Below, piece by piece: positions 9,291 to 19,700 of a stretch of DNA of 64,000 nt. Position 1 is the first letter of the stretch; each line of letters begins with the position of its first letter. The position numbers and the translations under genes are program-made. The notes under the pieces were generated by a model. That model saw nothing but the letters and a program-made list of their open reading frames with translations. It was not told where the DNA came from and ran no database searches. The DNA is from Anaerolineales bacterium (GTDB lineage Bacteria > Chloroflexota > Anaerolineae > Anaerolineales > UBA11858): NCBI GenBank assembly GCA_016785015.1, contig JADHTJ010000003.1, forward strand, positions 24,979-88,978, written 5' to 3'.

Positions 9291-10586
9291 ATGAGTTGGG
9301 TCGAACAATACAAGAATAAAGTAGTTACAGCCGCTGAAGCTGTCAAAGCCGTCCAATCTGGAAACCGCATATTTCTTACGGGCAACTGCTCCGTCCCATC
9401 AACCGTATTGGCTGCTCTGGTCGATTATGCTCACAATCTTGAAGATGTAGAGATCTGTCAGGCACTTACCATCGGTTCAGCTGATTATGTAAAACCCGAG
9501 ATGGAAGGGCACCTGCGGGTGAACACCATGTTCATCAGCCCCAACAATCGGGAGGCCGTTCAGGCTGGTCGGGCGGACTTCACGCCAGTACTGCTCTCAG
9601 AGTTTACCCTGCTCTTCAAAGAAGGACGCCTGCCGGTTGATGTAGCCCTAGTTCATCTCTCCCCGCCCGATGAACATGGATTTTGCAGTTTTAGCGTCGA
9701 GGTTGGCCTGAGCAAAAGCCCCGCAGAATCAGCCAAGATCATCATCGCCGAGGTCAACGAGCAAATGCCGCGCACCTTGGGCGATTCCTTCATTCATGTC
9801 AGCAAGCTAGATTACATCGTCCCAGTCAATTATGATCTCCCAGAACTGGGAATGGGCAGTGAAGGCCCCGATGATATCGTCGAGAGCATCGCCGGTCATA
9901 TCGCTGAGTTGATCCCTGACGAGGCTACCATGCAAATGGGCATCGGCGCCATACCAGATGCGGTGTTGAATTATCTATACGATAAGAAGGATTTGGGTGT
10001 TCACACAGAGCTGTTCTCTGATGGTGTTATCGATCTGGTCAATGCCGGGGTGTTGACCAATGCTAAAAAAACCTTGCACCAGGGCAAGATCATCGCCGGT
10101 TTCATCTTGGGAACCAAAAAGCTCTACAATTGGGTGCACAACAACCCGCTAATCGAATTCCATCGTACGGAATATGTCAACGATCCCTTTGTGATCGCAA
10201 AAAATGAACGCATGGTGGCTGTAAACTCCGCGATAGAAGTCGATCTCACTGGGCAAGTCTGTGCGGATAGCATTGGGCCGAAACTCTACAGCGGCGTTGG
10301 GGGTCAATTGGATTTCATCTATGGGGCATCCCTTTCCAAGGGCGGTGTGCCAATCATCGCTCTCCCCAGTAAAGCTAAGAACTTCAGCCGCATTGTGCCG
10401 CTGCTCAAACATGGGGCCGGGGTAGTCACCAGCCGCAACCACGTTCACTATGTCGTCACAGAACATGGCGTTGCAGATCTATATGGTAAAACCATTCGCC
10501 AACGAACGCATGCCTTGATCAACGTTGCTCATCCAGACTTCCGAGATGATCTAAAGAAACAAGCCAAAGAATTGCACTATATTTAG
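9291..10586 (+). CDS. Acetyl-CoA hydrolase/transferase family protein (4-hydroxybutyrate CoA-transferase-like)
   Basis: 431 aa. N-terminus KVVTAAEAVKAVQSGNRIFL and C-terminal SGVGGQLDFIYGA motif are typical of the family. GGGAGGG Shine-Dalgarno sequence; starts 4 nt after the ald stop. Confidence 0.75.
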   Translation: MSWVEQYKNKVVTAAEAVKAVQSGNRIFLTGNCSVPSTVLAALVDYAHNLEDVEICQALTIGSADYVKPEMEGHLRVNTMFISPNNREAVQAGRADFTPVLLSEFTLLFKEGRLPVDVALVHLSPPDEHGFCSFSVEVGLSKSPAESAKIIIAEVNEQMPRTLGDSFIHVSKLDYIVPVNYDLPELGMGSEGPDDIVESIAGHIAELIPDEATMQMGIGAIPDAVLNYLYDKKDLGVHTELFSDGVIDLVNAGVLTNAKKTLHQGKIIAGFILGTKKLYNWVHNNPLIEFHRTEYVNDPFVIAKNERMVAVNSAIEVDLTGQVCADSIGPKLYSGVGGQLDFIYGASLSKGGVPIIALPSKAKNFSRIVPLLKHGAGVVTSRNHVHYVVTEHGVADLYGKTIRQRTHALINVAHPDFRDDLKKQAKELHYI

Positions 10587-10694
10587 GCCGTGTTGAACTT
10601 TGGGGATTTCTCTCCTGCAATGGATGAGCATGTCATGGGGTTCGCACTCCTCTAAATTCCTAAAAATTCAACACTACCTAGCCTGGAGAATTCC

Positions 10695-12131
10695 ATGAAT
10701 CGCCGTGCAAAAATCGTCGCTACCATCGGCCCTGCCAGTCAAGATGAACACGCAATCCAACGCTTGATCTCTGCTGGCATGAATGTTGCCCGAATCAATT
10801 TTTCACACGGGAAACATGAGGACCACGCGCTATCGATCCAGAGAATACGAAAAGCCTCCCAACATCTTGATCAACCAATCACAATCTTGCAAGATTTACA
10901 GGGTCCTAAAATCCGCACTGGCGATTTAACCGAGGGACAAGTCGAAATTATCGCGGGTCAAATACTTACATTGACATCGAAAGAAGTGCCTGGAGATGCG
11001 CGGTATGTCTCAGTGGATTACCCTGATCTACCCCGCAGTGCACAAATTGGGGGACGCATATTGCTTGATGACGGGAACCTTGAATTGCAGGTCAAATCGA
11101 TAGGGAAAGAGTCCGTCGAAACTGAGGTGATCATCGGAGGCACGCTCAAACCCAATAAGGGTGTTAACCTCCCTGGCGCAAATCTGACTCTGCAAACTTT
11201 CACAGATAAAGATAAGGCAGATTTAGCTTTCGGTCTTGAACAAAACATCGATTTAATCGCCTTGTCTTTCGTGCGGTCAGCCAAGGATGTCAGCCGTCTG
11301 AGACAGGCGATTGCTAATCTATCGCCAGACCAGTGTAATATTCCCATCATCGCCAAGCTCGAGCGCCCTGAGGCGCTAAACAATTTGCACGAGATTATGC
11401 ATGCTGCCGATGGGGTCATGGTGGCGCGCGGTGATTTAGGGGTGGAAATGCCTCCAGAGAGAGTGCCCATCGAGCAAAAACGCATCATCCAAATGGCAAA
11501 TAGCCACGCAAGAATGGTCATTACAGCAACTCAAATGCTGGAGTCGATGATGCATAATCCCCGCCCGACGAGAGCCGAGGCTTCCGATGTGGCCAATGCC
11601 ATCTTCGATGGCAGCGATGCGGTCATGCTTTCTGGGGAGACTGCAGTGGGGCGCTATCCGATCAAATCGATTGAGATGATGAGTTCGATCATCTGCCAGG
11701 CTGAGGCGCATATGCGTGAATGGGGTCATGACAAGATCCAAATCAGCGAAGATATGCCTCATGATGATGCCTTATTCATTACTCGGGCCGCCAATGAAAT
11801 GGTGACAGATAAAGAAGTTGCCGCTGTCGCAGTCTTCACACAGAGCGGGCGTACGGCGCGCTTGATGTCGAAAGCGCGCCCCGGGGTGCCGATTTTGGCC
11901 TTTACTCCCATAGAATGCACATACCGTCAAATGAATTTGATGTGGGGGGTGACACCCCATTTAGTACCCCATTCTGAAACCGTTGAAGATATGCTCGCAT
12001 ATGTCGAAGCCGCGATTATCGCTGAGACAACGATCCAGCCAGGGCAAGAGGTCGTTCTAATTGCAGGATTCCCCATTGGAGCGAAGGGACCTGCTAACTT
12101 CGCGTTACTGCACACTATTGGACAGCGTTAG
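10695..12131 (+). CDS. pyk: Pyruvate kinase
   Basis: KIVATIGPAS, NVARINFSHG and MVARGDLGVEMP motifs; 478 aa. Confidence 0.92.
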   Translation: MNRRAKIVATIGPASQDEHAIQRLISAGMNVARINFSHGKHEDHALSIQRIRKASQHLDQPITILQDLQGPKIRTGDLTEGQVEIIAGQILTLTSKEVPGDARYVSVDYPDLPRSAQIGGRILLDDGNLELQVKSIGKESVETEVIIGGTLKPNKGVNLPGANLTLQTFTDKDKADLAFGLEQNIDLIALSFVRSAKDVSRLRQAIANLSPDQCNIPIIAKLERPEALNNLHEIMHAADGVMVARGDLGVEMPPERVPIEQKRIIQMANSHARMVITATQMLESMMHNPRPTRAEASDVANAIFDGSDAVMLSGETAVGRYPIKSIEMMSSIICQAEAHMREWGHDKIQISEDMPHDDALFITRAANEMVTDKEVAAVAVFTQSGRTARLMSKARPGVPILAFTPIECTYRQMNLMWGVTPHLVPHSETVEDMLAYVEAAIIAETTIQPGQEVVLIAGFPIGAKGPANFALLHTIGQR

Positions 12132-12272
12132 GATCACTGTGCACTGATTTATCTGATCACATAAAAGAGGCATTCAATCTCTTCGTATCAGCGATTCAAA
12201 TGATCGTTGGGGGCAATTCCTATATCGTTTCCATCCGTAATTGGTAACAGGTTTAAAGCATCAATTTCATCC

Positions 12273-12301
12273 TTGACTCCCAACAACAGATGATGTATAT
12301 T
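12273..12301 (+). promoter_or_regulatory. Sigma-70-like promoter upstream of the GbsR-type regulator gene
   Basis: TTGACT (12273-12278), 17-nt spacer, TATATT (12296-12301). It is followed by the small palindrome TTTAG-N6-CTAAA, which could be an autoregulatory operator. Confidence 0.4.
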
Positions 12302-12345
12302 ATATTTAGTTTATACTAAACATTCACAACAAAAAGGATTTCCTA

Positions 12346-12882
12346 ATGGACAACTCTCTTTCCCAGGCCCGCCAAAATTTCATCCAAGGGATGAGCCGTA
12401 TCAGCTTCTTTTGGGGATTCCCAAAAGCCATGGGAGCAATCTTCGGTGCTATTTACCTCTCCCCCGGGCCGCTATCGCTGGATCAACTGGTTGAACAGGT
12501 CAGCGTGAGCAAAGGTGCAGTGAGCACAAATGTGCGCCAACTTGAACGCCTGGGGATGGTGCAAAAACACCTACGCGTCGGCGACCGCAAGGATTATTAC
12601 TCCGCTGAAACAGATTTCTGGAAGATCGTCAAAGGAATCCTGCGAGAGCGTGAAAAACAAGAATTTGACATAGCCATTCGAACCGTCGACCTGAGCCTTG
12701 AATTGTCACAATCTGCAGAAATCTCTGAAGAAGAATTAGAGTTGGCAGTTTTCTACCAAGATAGGCTGGGGAATATCCAACGCTTTTTCGAGAAAATTGA
12801 CAATCTGGTAGCCACAGTCCTAGCCTTGGATGAATTTCGCATGGGTGCAGTTCAGAAATTATTCGGAGCAGATCAGAAATAA
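12346..12882 (+). CDS. GbsR/MarR-family transcriptional regulator
   Basis: FWGFPKAMGAIFGAIYLSPGPLSLDQLVEQVSVSKGAVSTNVRQLERLGMV matches the characteristic GbsR-type winged helix. Confidence 0.7.
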   Translation: MDNSLSQARQNFIQGMSRISFFWGFPKAMGAIFGAIYLSPGPLSLDQLVEQVSVSKGAVSTNVRQLERLGMVQKHLRVGDRKDYYSAETDFWKIVKGILREREKQEFDIAIRTVDLSLELSQSAEISEEELELAVFYQDRLGNIQRFFEKIDNLVATVLALDEFRMGAVQKLFGADQK

Positions 12883-12916
12883 TCACATTTTATGGGTAGC
12901 GATACAGGAGTGAAAC

Positions 12917-13831
12917 ATGTCGAAACGAATTGCTATTACAGGAGCTTTTGGATACAGCGGAAAATACATTACCGAACGCTTATTGGCAAAAGGTAACCAA
13001 GTCATCACGCTGACGGGGCATCCCAATCGGAAGAATCCTTTTAATAAAGAAGTGCAGGCATACCCATTCAATTTTAATAATTTGGATGCGCTTGCCGAAT
13101 CTTTACAGGGAGTAGACACACTTTTCAACACCTATTGGGTGCGTTTCTCCCATGGAGATATAACGTTTGAGAACGCCGTAGACAACACACGCTCCCTCTT
13201 CAATGCGGCCAAACGAGTAGGAGTTCGACGAATAGTACATGTCAGCATTACCAACCCAATAATAGATTCCCCACTTCCCTATTTCAAGGGCAAGGCTCAA
13301 TTAGAGCAAGATCTGAAAGTTTCGGGGCTATCCTATGCCATCATCAGGCCGACAGTCATCTTCGGAGTGGAAGATATTCTAATCAACAATATCGCCTATC
13401 TGCTGCGACGCTTTCCACTATTCATCATCCCAGGATCAGGAGATTATCGCCTGCAGCCCATCTATGCCGAAGATCTGGCTGATATCGCCGTCGCAGCAGG
13501 TGAACAGTCTGAAAATTTGATCATCGATGCCGTTGGCCCAAAGATCTATTCGTTCAATGAGTTGGTTAAAGAAATTCGGGCAGCGGTTGGAAGCAATGCT
13601 AAACTTATCCATATTTCACCCTTTTTAGCATTGGCCATGTCCAGGTTGTTAGGGCTTGCACTTGGAGACGTTGTGCTCACGAATGATGAAATTCAAGGAT
13701 TGATGGCGGATCTACTGGTTTCTGACAAAGCGCCGACGGGAAAAAAAGAACTCAAAGAATGGCTGCATGAAAACGCGGATACTGTTGGGATGCATTATGC
13801 ATCAGAACTAAAACGTCACTATTTGAAATAG
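12917..13831 (+). CDS. NAD(P)-binding SDR/NmrA-like epimerase family protein
   Basis: N-terminal Rossmann motif IAITGAFGYSGKY; 304 aa; AGGAG Shine-Dalgarno sequence. Confidence 0.65.
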   Translation: MSKRIAITGAFGYSGKYITERLLAKGNQVITLTGHPNRKNPFNKEVQAYPFNFNNLDALAESLQGVDTLFNTYWVRFSHGDITFENAVDNTRSLFNAAKRVGVRRIVHVSITNPIIDSPLPYFKGKAQLEQDLKVSGLSYAIIRPTVIFGVEDILINNIAYLLRRFPLFIIPGSGDYRLQPIYAEDLADIAVAAGEQSENLIIDAVGPKIYSFNELVKEIRAAVGSNAKLIHISPFLALAMSRLLGLALGDVVLTNDEIQGLMADLLVSDKAPTGKKELKEWLHENADTVGMHYASELKRHYLK

Positions 13832-13894
13832 CATTCTTTTCAAGCAAAAATTCAGCACAGAGCTGCAGAAGCGGCTATAATAGGCAAAACCTAG

Positions 13895-13918
13895 AGTCCC
13901 CTAAATTGGGGACTTTTG
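13895..13918 (+). terminator. Rho-independent terminator
   Basis: AGTCCCC-TAAATT-GGGGACT followed by TTTT. Confidence 0.65.
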
Positions 13919-13946
13919 CTAAACTGTAGACTCTAATTTTCTCCTC

Positions 13947-14525
13947 ATGCCAAAATTATCCAAACGCTTCGAAGAAGCACTCCTTTACGCCACACAACTA
14001 CATGCTCGCCAGACTCGTAAAAGAACTGCCACGCCTTATATCGCACATCTCTTGAGCGTAGCTGCTCTGGTAATGGAATCCGGTGGAGGAGAGGATGAAA
14101 CCATTGCAGCCCTACTCCATGATGCTGTCGAAGATCAGGGTGGCAAGAAAACCTTGAAAGAGATACAACGACGTTTCGGGAACAATGTTGCCGACATCGT
14201 ATTGAGTTGTACCGATGCCTATACATTCCCAAAGCCGCCGTGGCAAGAACGCAAAGAATCTTATATCGACCATCTAAAAGAGGCTTCACCGGAAAGCAGG
14301 CGCGTATCATTGGCCGATAAGCTGCACAATGCACGCTCGATTTTGCGAGATCTCCGATTATGCGGCGAAGAAACCTGGGAGAAATTCAACGGAGGCAAAG
14401 AAGGCACACTCTGGTATTATCGCACGCTTCTCGAAGTGTTCAAAGATTTGGAAAGCAATTTTATGGTTGATGAGCTTGAACGAGTTATCAGCGAAATAGA
14501 ATATTTGGCTTACAGAAACAACTGA
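13947..14525 (+). CDS. HD-domain protein, RelA/SpoT-hydrolase-like (small alarmone hydrolase-like)
   Basis: YIAHLLSVAALV...AALLHDAVED carries the His...HD signature, and the length (192 aa) resembles stand-alone (p)ppGpp hydrolase domains. Confidence 0.6.
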   Translation: MPKLSKRFEEALLYATQLHARQTRKRTATPYIAHLLSVAALVMESGGGEDETIAALLHDAVEDQGGKKTLKEIQRRFGNNVADIVLSCTDAYTFPKPPWQERKESYIDHLKEASPESRRVSLADKLHNARSILRDLRLCGEETWEKFNGGKEGTLWYYRTLLEVFKDLESNFMVDELERVISEIEYLAYRNN

Positions 14526-14554
14526 CACCAAAGGCGTGCCGAAGGCAACCTTAG

Positions 14555-14902
14555 ATGAACACAAAAATGAATAAACTTACTCTGAATGAATATCAATCCC
14601 TGGCATCTCGCACAGCTGGCGCCGGTGGTGATGGCCAGCAGCGCTTGGTTATCGCTGCCTTAGGGCTGGCTGGAGAAGCAGGTGAGTTTGCCAATATGGT
14701 CAAAAAGCTCACCGCCCACGGACACGAAATTTCCCCAGAAACTTTGGCAGAAGAACTTGGTGATGTGATGTGGTATGTCGCTGAGGCAGCAACCGCCATC
14801 GGCATCCCTTTGGGTGAGATCGCTCAAGGCAACGTCGACAAACTTCGCAACCGCTACCCCGAGGGTTTCAGCGAAGAACGCAGCATCAACCGCCAGGAAT
14901 AG
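14555..14902 (+). CDS. MazG-like nucleotide pyrophosphohydrolase domain protein
   Basis: LGLAGEAGEFAN...EELGDVMWYV...NVDKLRNRYPEGF shows the EXXE/EELGD motifs of MazG. The ATG at 14567 is an alternative start. Confidence 0.7.
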   Translation: MNTKMNKLTLNEYQSLASRTAGAGGDGQQRLVIAALGLAGEAGEFANMVKKLTAHGHEISPETLAEELGDVMWYVAEAATAIGIPLGEIAQGNVDKLRNRYPEGFSEERSINRQE

Positions 14903-14910
14903 GAGTTGCC

Positions 14911-15372
14911 ATGTCCCAATACCATGAAGTTTATTCTTTCTTGGAGCAACATCTCCAATCGATCATGGACAACGATATTGATGCCTATCATGCGTCCACC
15001 AGTTCAAAACTAACCCTTTACGAATGGTGGGTCACGCCCCACCGCATCGATGGGCTTAATTTTCATGATTTTTTGATGCTGGAAAATGAGCGCCGCGGGG
15101 CCGTGTTCGGCTCCGATGTTGAACAAACTAGGGATACGGAAAAACCGCCTACCCGCTTCGATCTGGCTAACCTGCACATTCAAGATTTCGGCGATACGGC
15201 TATTGCCAGCTACACATTATTGCTTAGCTCAGGTCTTCCAGAAGGTGTCAGCGTTGTTTCGCACAATGAGAGCCGGGTGATGATAAAACGAGATGATAAA
15301 TGGAAGGTTGTCCATGTTCATAAATCTCCCGCCTGGCAAGCGCCCCACATGCAACCGCAGAATGATGAATAG
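14911..15372 (+). CDS. NTF2-like (SnoaL/DUF4440-like) protein
   Basis: 153 aa with the C-terminal DDKWKVVHVHKS strand pattern typical of the fold; AGGAG Shine-Dalgarno sequence. Confidence 0.45.
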   Translation: MSQYHEVYSFLEQHLQSIMDNDIDAYHASTSSKLTLYEWWVTPHRIDGLNFHDFLMLENERRGAVFGSDVEQTRDTEKPPTRFDLANLHIQDFGDTAIASYTLLLSSGLPEGVSVVSHNESRVMIKRDDKWKVVHVHKSPAWQAPHMQPQNDE

Positions 15373-16735
15373 ATTGATTCCCAATCTTTTAATTCTGTTC
15401 GTGGTCCTACTCATCGCGAGTTGTGCGCCAGTAGAAGCAATTGCGCAAACAAAAACCCCAGATCCCACTGCGACTATTGCATTAACCACTGTAAAGGCAC
15501 CCCAAACAATTGCGACTGACAAGGATGAGTCAGAATCCGAGACCCAACCATTATTTGGCTATACGCATCATATGCCGGATGGGAATAGGTTTATTGAAGG
15601 GACTGGCTCTCTACCCAACGGCACCTCAATTGAAATTACACTAGAAGGAACACCGCTATGGGTGGTCGCTGTTCCCTATGAGGGCAGCAGCCTTTGGGCA
15701 GTGATTCTCGATGATGGACGCGTGCAAGGGTTCAACATCAATACCCAAAGCGTAAAAACTGCTCAAATCACTCCAGGCCAACTCAACCCTGAATCTCCGC
15801 CACTCATTTTTATTGAAGATGGTATTCCCAAATTGGTGGCCGTCTCCTCGCCGGATCAATCCCTCTCAACACATCCCATCTATCTACCATCTCAGGAATT
15901 GTATACATTCATTAATAACGATGGATCCTTATCGTTGATAGATAAATCTAATCAGATCATCGCCACACTTGATATCAACGCGCTGCCTGACGCCCGCATC
16001 CTTAGTGATGACGCTGATCGTTTGCTATTACTCAGCGGGCCCACGTCCAAATACGATCATGGAGTTCTGGGGGACGAAATCGAGGCCACCAGTATCACTT
16101 TAACAGAAACATTTCCAGATATTCGAGTTGTCAGTGTCATCCAAGTCCCTGATGGACAAGTCATCGAAGGCATTGCCCCTATTTGGACTGACTTGAACAA
16201 CGACGGCAATCGCGAGATTATCGTCACCTTGAGCGATGGGATCAATGGCGCTCAATTGGTTGTTTATTCAGAGGATGGTGAGCGCCTAGCATTGGGAGAT
16301 GCCATTGGGATAGGTTACCGTTGGCGCCATCAAATTGCCGTGGCTCCCTTTGGGCCGAATGGTGAAATGGAAATTGTTGACGTGCTCACACCGCATATTG
16401 GCGGGGTTGTGGAGTTTTTTCAAACGGATGGAAATCGATTGTTAAAAGTTGCTCAGATTGGGGGATATACTTCTCATGTGATCGGCTCGCGCAATCTTGA
16501 TATGGCCATTGCAGGGGATTTCGACGGGGATGGGCTTATCGAATTGCTGCTGCCCAATCAATCTCGCAATGAACTGGGGGCAATTCAGCGGACTTTTGAT
16601 GGAGCCGATGTGGCCTGGAAATTGCCGATTGAGGGGCAAATGAGCACAAATTTGGGGGCGGTCACGCTTGATAATGGGACGATCATCATTGGCGTTGGAC
16701 GGTCAGACAACATTCTTAAAATTTGGCTGCCCTAG
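15362..16735 (+). CDS. Lipoprotein with FG-GAP/VCBS-like repeats
   Basis: ATG at 15362 gives MMNRLIPNLLILFVVLLIASC with a lipobox (LIAS|C). DLNNDGNREIIVT and GDFDGDGLIELLLPN are FG-GAP-like calcium-loop motifs. The upstream part of the listed ORF (15293-15361) overlaps the preceding gene. Confidence 0.6.
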   Translation: MMNRLIPNLLILFVVLLIASCAPVEAIAQTKTPDPTATIALTTVKAPQTIATDKDESESETQPLFGYTHHMPDGNRFIEGTGSLPNGTSIEITLEGTPLWVVAVPYEGSSLWAVILDDGRVQGFNINTQSVKTAQITPGQLNPESPPLIFIEDGIPKLVAVSSPDQSLSTHPIYLPSQELYTFINNDGSLSLIDKSNQIIATLDINALPDARILSDDADRLLLLSGPTSKYDHGVLGDEIEATSITLTETFPDIRVVSVIQVPDGQVIEGIAPIWTDLNNDGNREIIVTLSDGINGAQLVVYSEDGERLALGDAIGIGYRWRHQIAVAPFGPNGEMEIVDVLTPHIGGVVEFFQTDGNRLLKVAQIGGYTSHVIGSRNLDMAIAGDFDGDGLIELLLPNQSRNELGAIQRTFDGADVAWKLPIEGQMSTNLGAVTLDNGTIIIGVGRSDNILKIWLP

Positions 16736-16738
16736 TGT

Positions 16739-19700
16739 TTACGTTTTTAACTCAACGCGGTTTCGACCGGACTGTTTTGCAACATATAAGGCAGAGTCTG
16801 CCAAGTCAAGCAAAGTGGCCATATCAGGAATATCATCGCTAAGTTCCGCAACTCCCAAACTGATAGTCAATGACAGTTCCCCCTTCGTTGTTTCAAAATG
16901 TTTTTCTTCAACTCGCTGCCGCAAGCGTTCTGCAGTTTTGCACGCAGCTTGGCAATCTGTTTCAGGGAGAATAATTGCAAATTCCTCACCCCCATATCGA
17001 CCAAGAATATCAAATTCTCGCAAGCTTTCCAAGCATTCCTGTGTTAAAGATCGTAAGACTTGATCCCCAATACTGTGGCCGTAGGTATCATTAACTTTCT
17101 TAAAATTATCAATATCAAGCATAATTGCTGAGAGATGATGTTCATACCTTCGAGCGCGTTCGATCTCTCGACGGCCAAGCTCAAAGAGATTTCGGCGGTT
17201 ATGGGTGCCTGTTAGTCCATCTGTAGTTGCTAACCACTGAATCTCTTCAAATAATATCGCGTTCTCAATAGCAATTGCAGCCTGGTTAGCAACTGCTTCC
17301 ATAATACCAATTTCACGCTGCGTGAAATTGGGCTGATCATCCCGATTGATAACAGACATTGATCCAAGCACAATACCTCTGTGAACTAATGGCACGATGA
17401 CTATAGCTCCGAATCCAGCATCAGTTTTTCGCTTTTGTCCCGCCGCACTTTCACGCGGATCGAGAACTCCCTTTGGCGAAACGGCTGGCTCTAACTCTCT
17501 AATCGCCCAACCCGTAAGCCCATCCATCAATTCGTCGAAATCTGCATTATCAATATCATCAATACCCATTCCCGAAAAAACGAAGTTCGTAATTTCCCCT
17601 TTGTTCAGATCAAACGTATAGAGAGCCGCAAGGTGCGCCGGGAGAAATTTAGCAATATTGTCAACCAAAGATTGCAACACATCGTGCAATGTTCCGGCCT
17701 GAATTAGTGATTGCGCCACACGGTAGAGCATTTGCGTTTCAGCCAATGTGGTTTGGCTTTTATCGAGCAAGTTGGCATTTTCGATGGCAATAGCAGCCTG
17801 GTTGGCTATCGCTTCTATTAAATTTACATCATTCTTTGTGAAATCTGGATCATCTGGGTTGTTGATGGCAGTTATGGTTCCAATAATTCGATCACGGATA
17901 AGCAAGGGGACGACGATAATTGCGCCACAACATGTTTCCACACGACGCTTTTGAACATCTTCACTTTCTCGAGGGTCAGGAATTCCTTTAGGAGAGAGAG
18001 CCGGTTGAAACTCGCGCAATACCCAACCACTCAATCCATCCATCAACTCCTGGAAATCAACTCTTACAATATTGTCGCTACCCGGCCCACCCTTGACATA
18101 TTGAATAACATCTTGTGTTTCAAGATCGAATGTCACAAGAGCCACTCTATCTGCAGGTAGGTTATCTGCCACATTATCTACTAACCTTTGCAGCAATTCA
18201 GTGGAGTTTTCTGTTTGTATTAGTATACGAGCGATGCTGTACAACATCTGCGTTTCAGCTAGGGTTGACTCAGTTTGCTCAAATAACTGAGCCGCGTTTA
18301 TCGTAATTGCCACCTGATCTGCAAACGCCGTCGCTAAACGAATATGTTCAGATGCATAGAAATTCGGCTGATTATGATCAATGGCCAACATGCCTAAAAC
18401 CTTATCGCGCACGATCAAAGGAACACCTAACCAGGATCGAATATGGCGATGAGGAGCCTGGAGAAAAGGGGTATGGTTTTCACTGGGTTCATCAAGGATG
18501 ATTGCTTCACGACGCTGTATAACTTCAGAATTAGGATTGTCACCAGGAATAATGAAACGTAATCCCAAGATCTCATCTGCATCTGGCCAGCCGCGGCCGC
18601 CAACGATCTCAAGATACCCATCTCCTAACAACTGAACCGAGGCGCTATCGTAGGGCACAACACGTTCCAACTGTACTAAGATCTCATTTATGGCTTCATC
18701 TTGATGGAGAGAACCAGCAACGACCGCACTCGCTTCTCGCAATGTTTCAGCCTCAACTCGTTGGCGACGCTCTGCTTCAAACAGCCGCACATTCTCAATT
18801 GCCAATGCAGCTCTCTCAGCAAAAATGGCCATTAGTCGTTCATCATCCCGGTTGAAGGCGTTCAATTCCGTACTTTGTACGTCAATAACTCCGATGATTT
18901 CTTCACCCAATTTTAGGGGGATGGCCAACTCAGAGCGGGCATCTTTCCAATTTGCCACGTATTCTGGGTCGTTGCGCACATCTGGAATATTAACAACTTG
19001 GCCAGACCTGAATGTGCGTGGAACCAAGCCAGATCCATCGAGCCTTAGTTCGCCCTTTGAAACCTCTTCGGCATAAGGGCCCGAGACAGCAACTCGCTTT
19101 ATCACATTCTTTCCTTCAGCGATTAAAAGACTGCAATTCGATTTGCCAAATTCTGCCAACACTGTTTCGACGATCGTTTTCGCAACTTCTTCTAGTTTTG
19201 GTACACTGCTAAAAAATAAAGTCTCAGATGCTCGATATAAGCGGTTCAGTTCGAGATTGCGCTGCTGCAAGGAATCTTGGGATCTGCGCAAAGCATCTGT
19301 TCGTTTTGCCACCTCAGATTGTAGACCTTCAGCATGACGTTGAATCTGGTCATAGAGTTGAACATTCTGCAAAGAAGTTGCTGCATAGCTGGCAAGAGTG
19401 ACAAGCAGTTCACAATCGGCACTTGAGAAATCTCCATCGATTTTGTTGATCGCTGTCAAAACGCCCACAGCTTTTCCCTCAGCAAGTAAGGGAATGACCA
19501 CAAGTGAGCGAATCAATATTTCACTTTCTTCTCCAATTTTTGGATAATGACCTGGGAAAATGGATACATCATTGATTATTTCTGGTGCGCCCGAATTCAA
19601 TACGTTCGAAACAACTCCCTCACTTAATGGAACACGCATACCAACGATATCATCAAGTGCTGCTCTAAATACTAATTCTCCAGATTCATCATCCGGCAAT

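Noticed and set aside
15293-15361. The upstream extension of the FG-GAP lipoprotein ORF.
   Set aside because: It overlaps the end of the preceding NTF2-like gene. The ATG at 15362 gives a textbook lipoprotein signal peptide.
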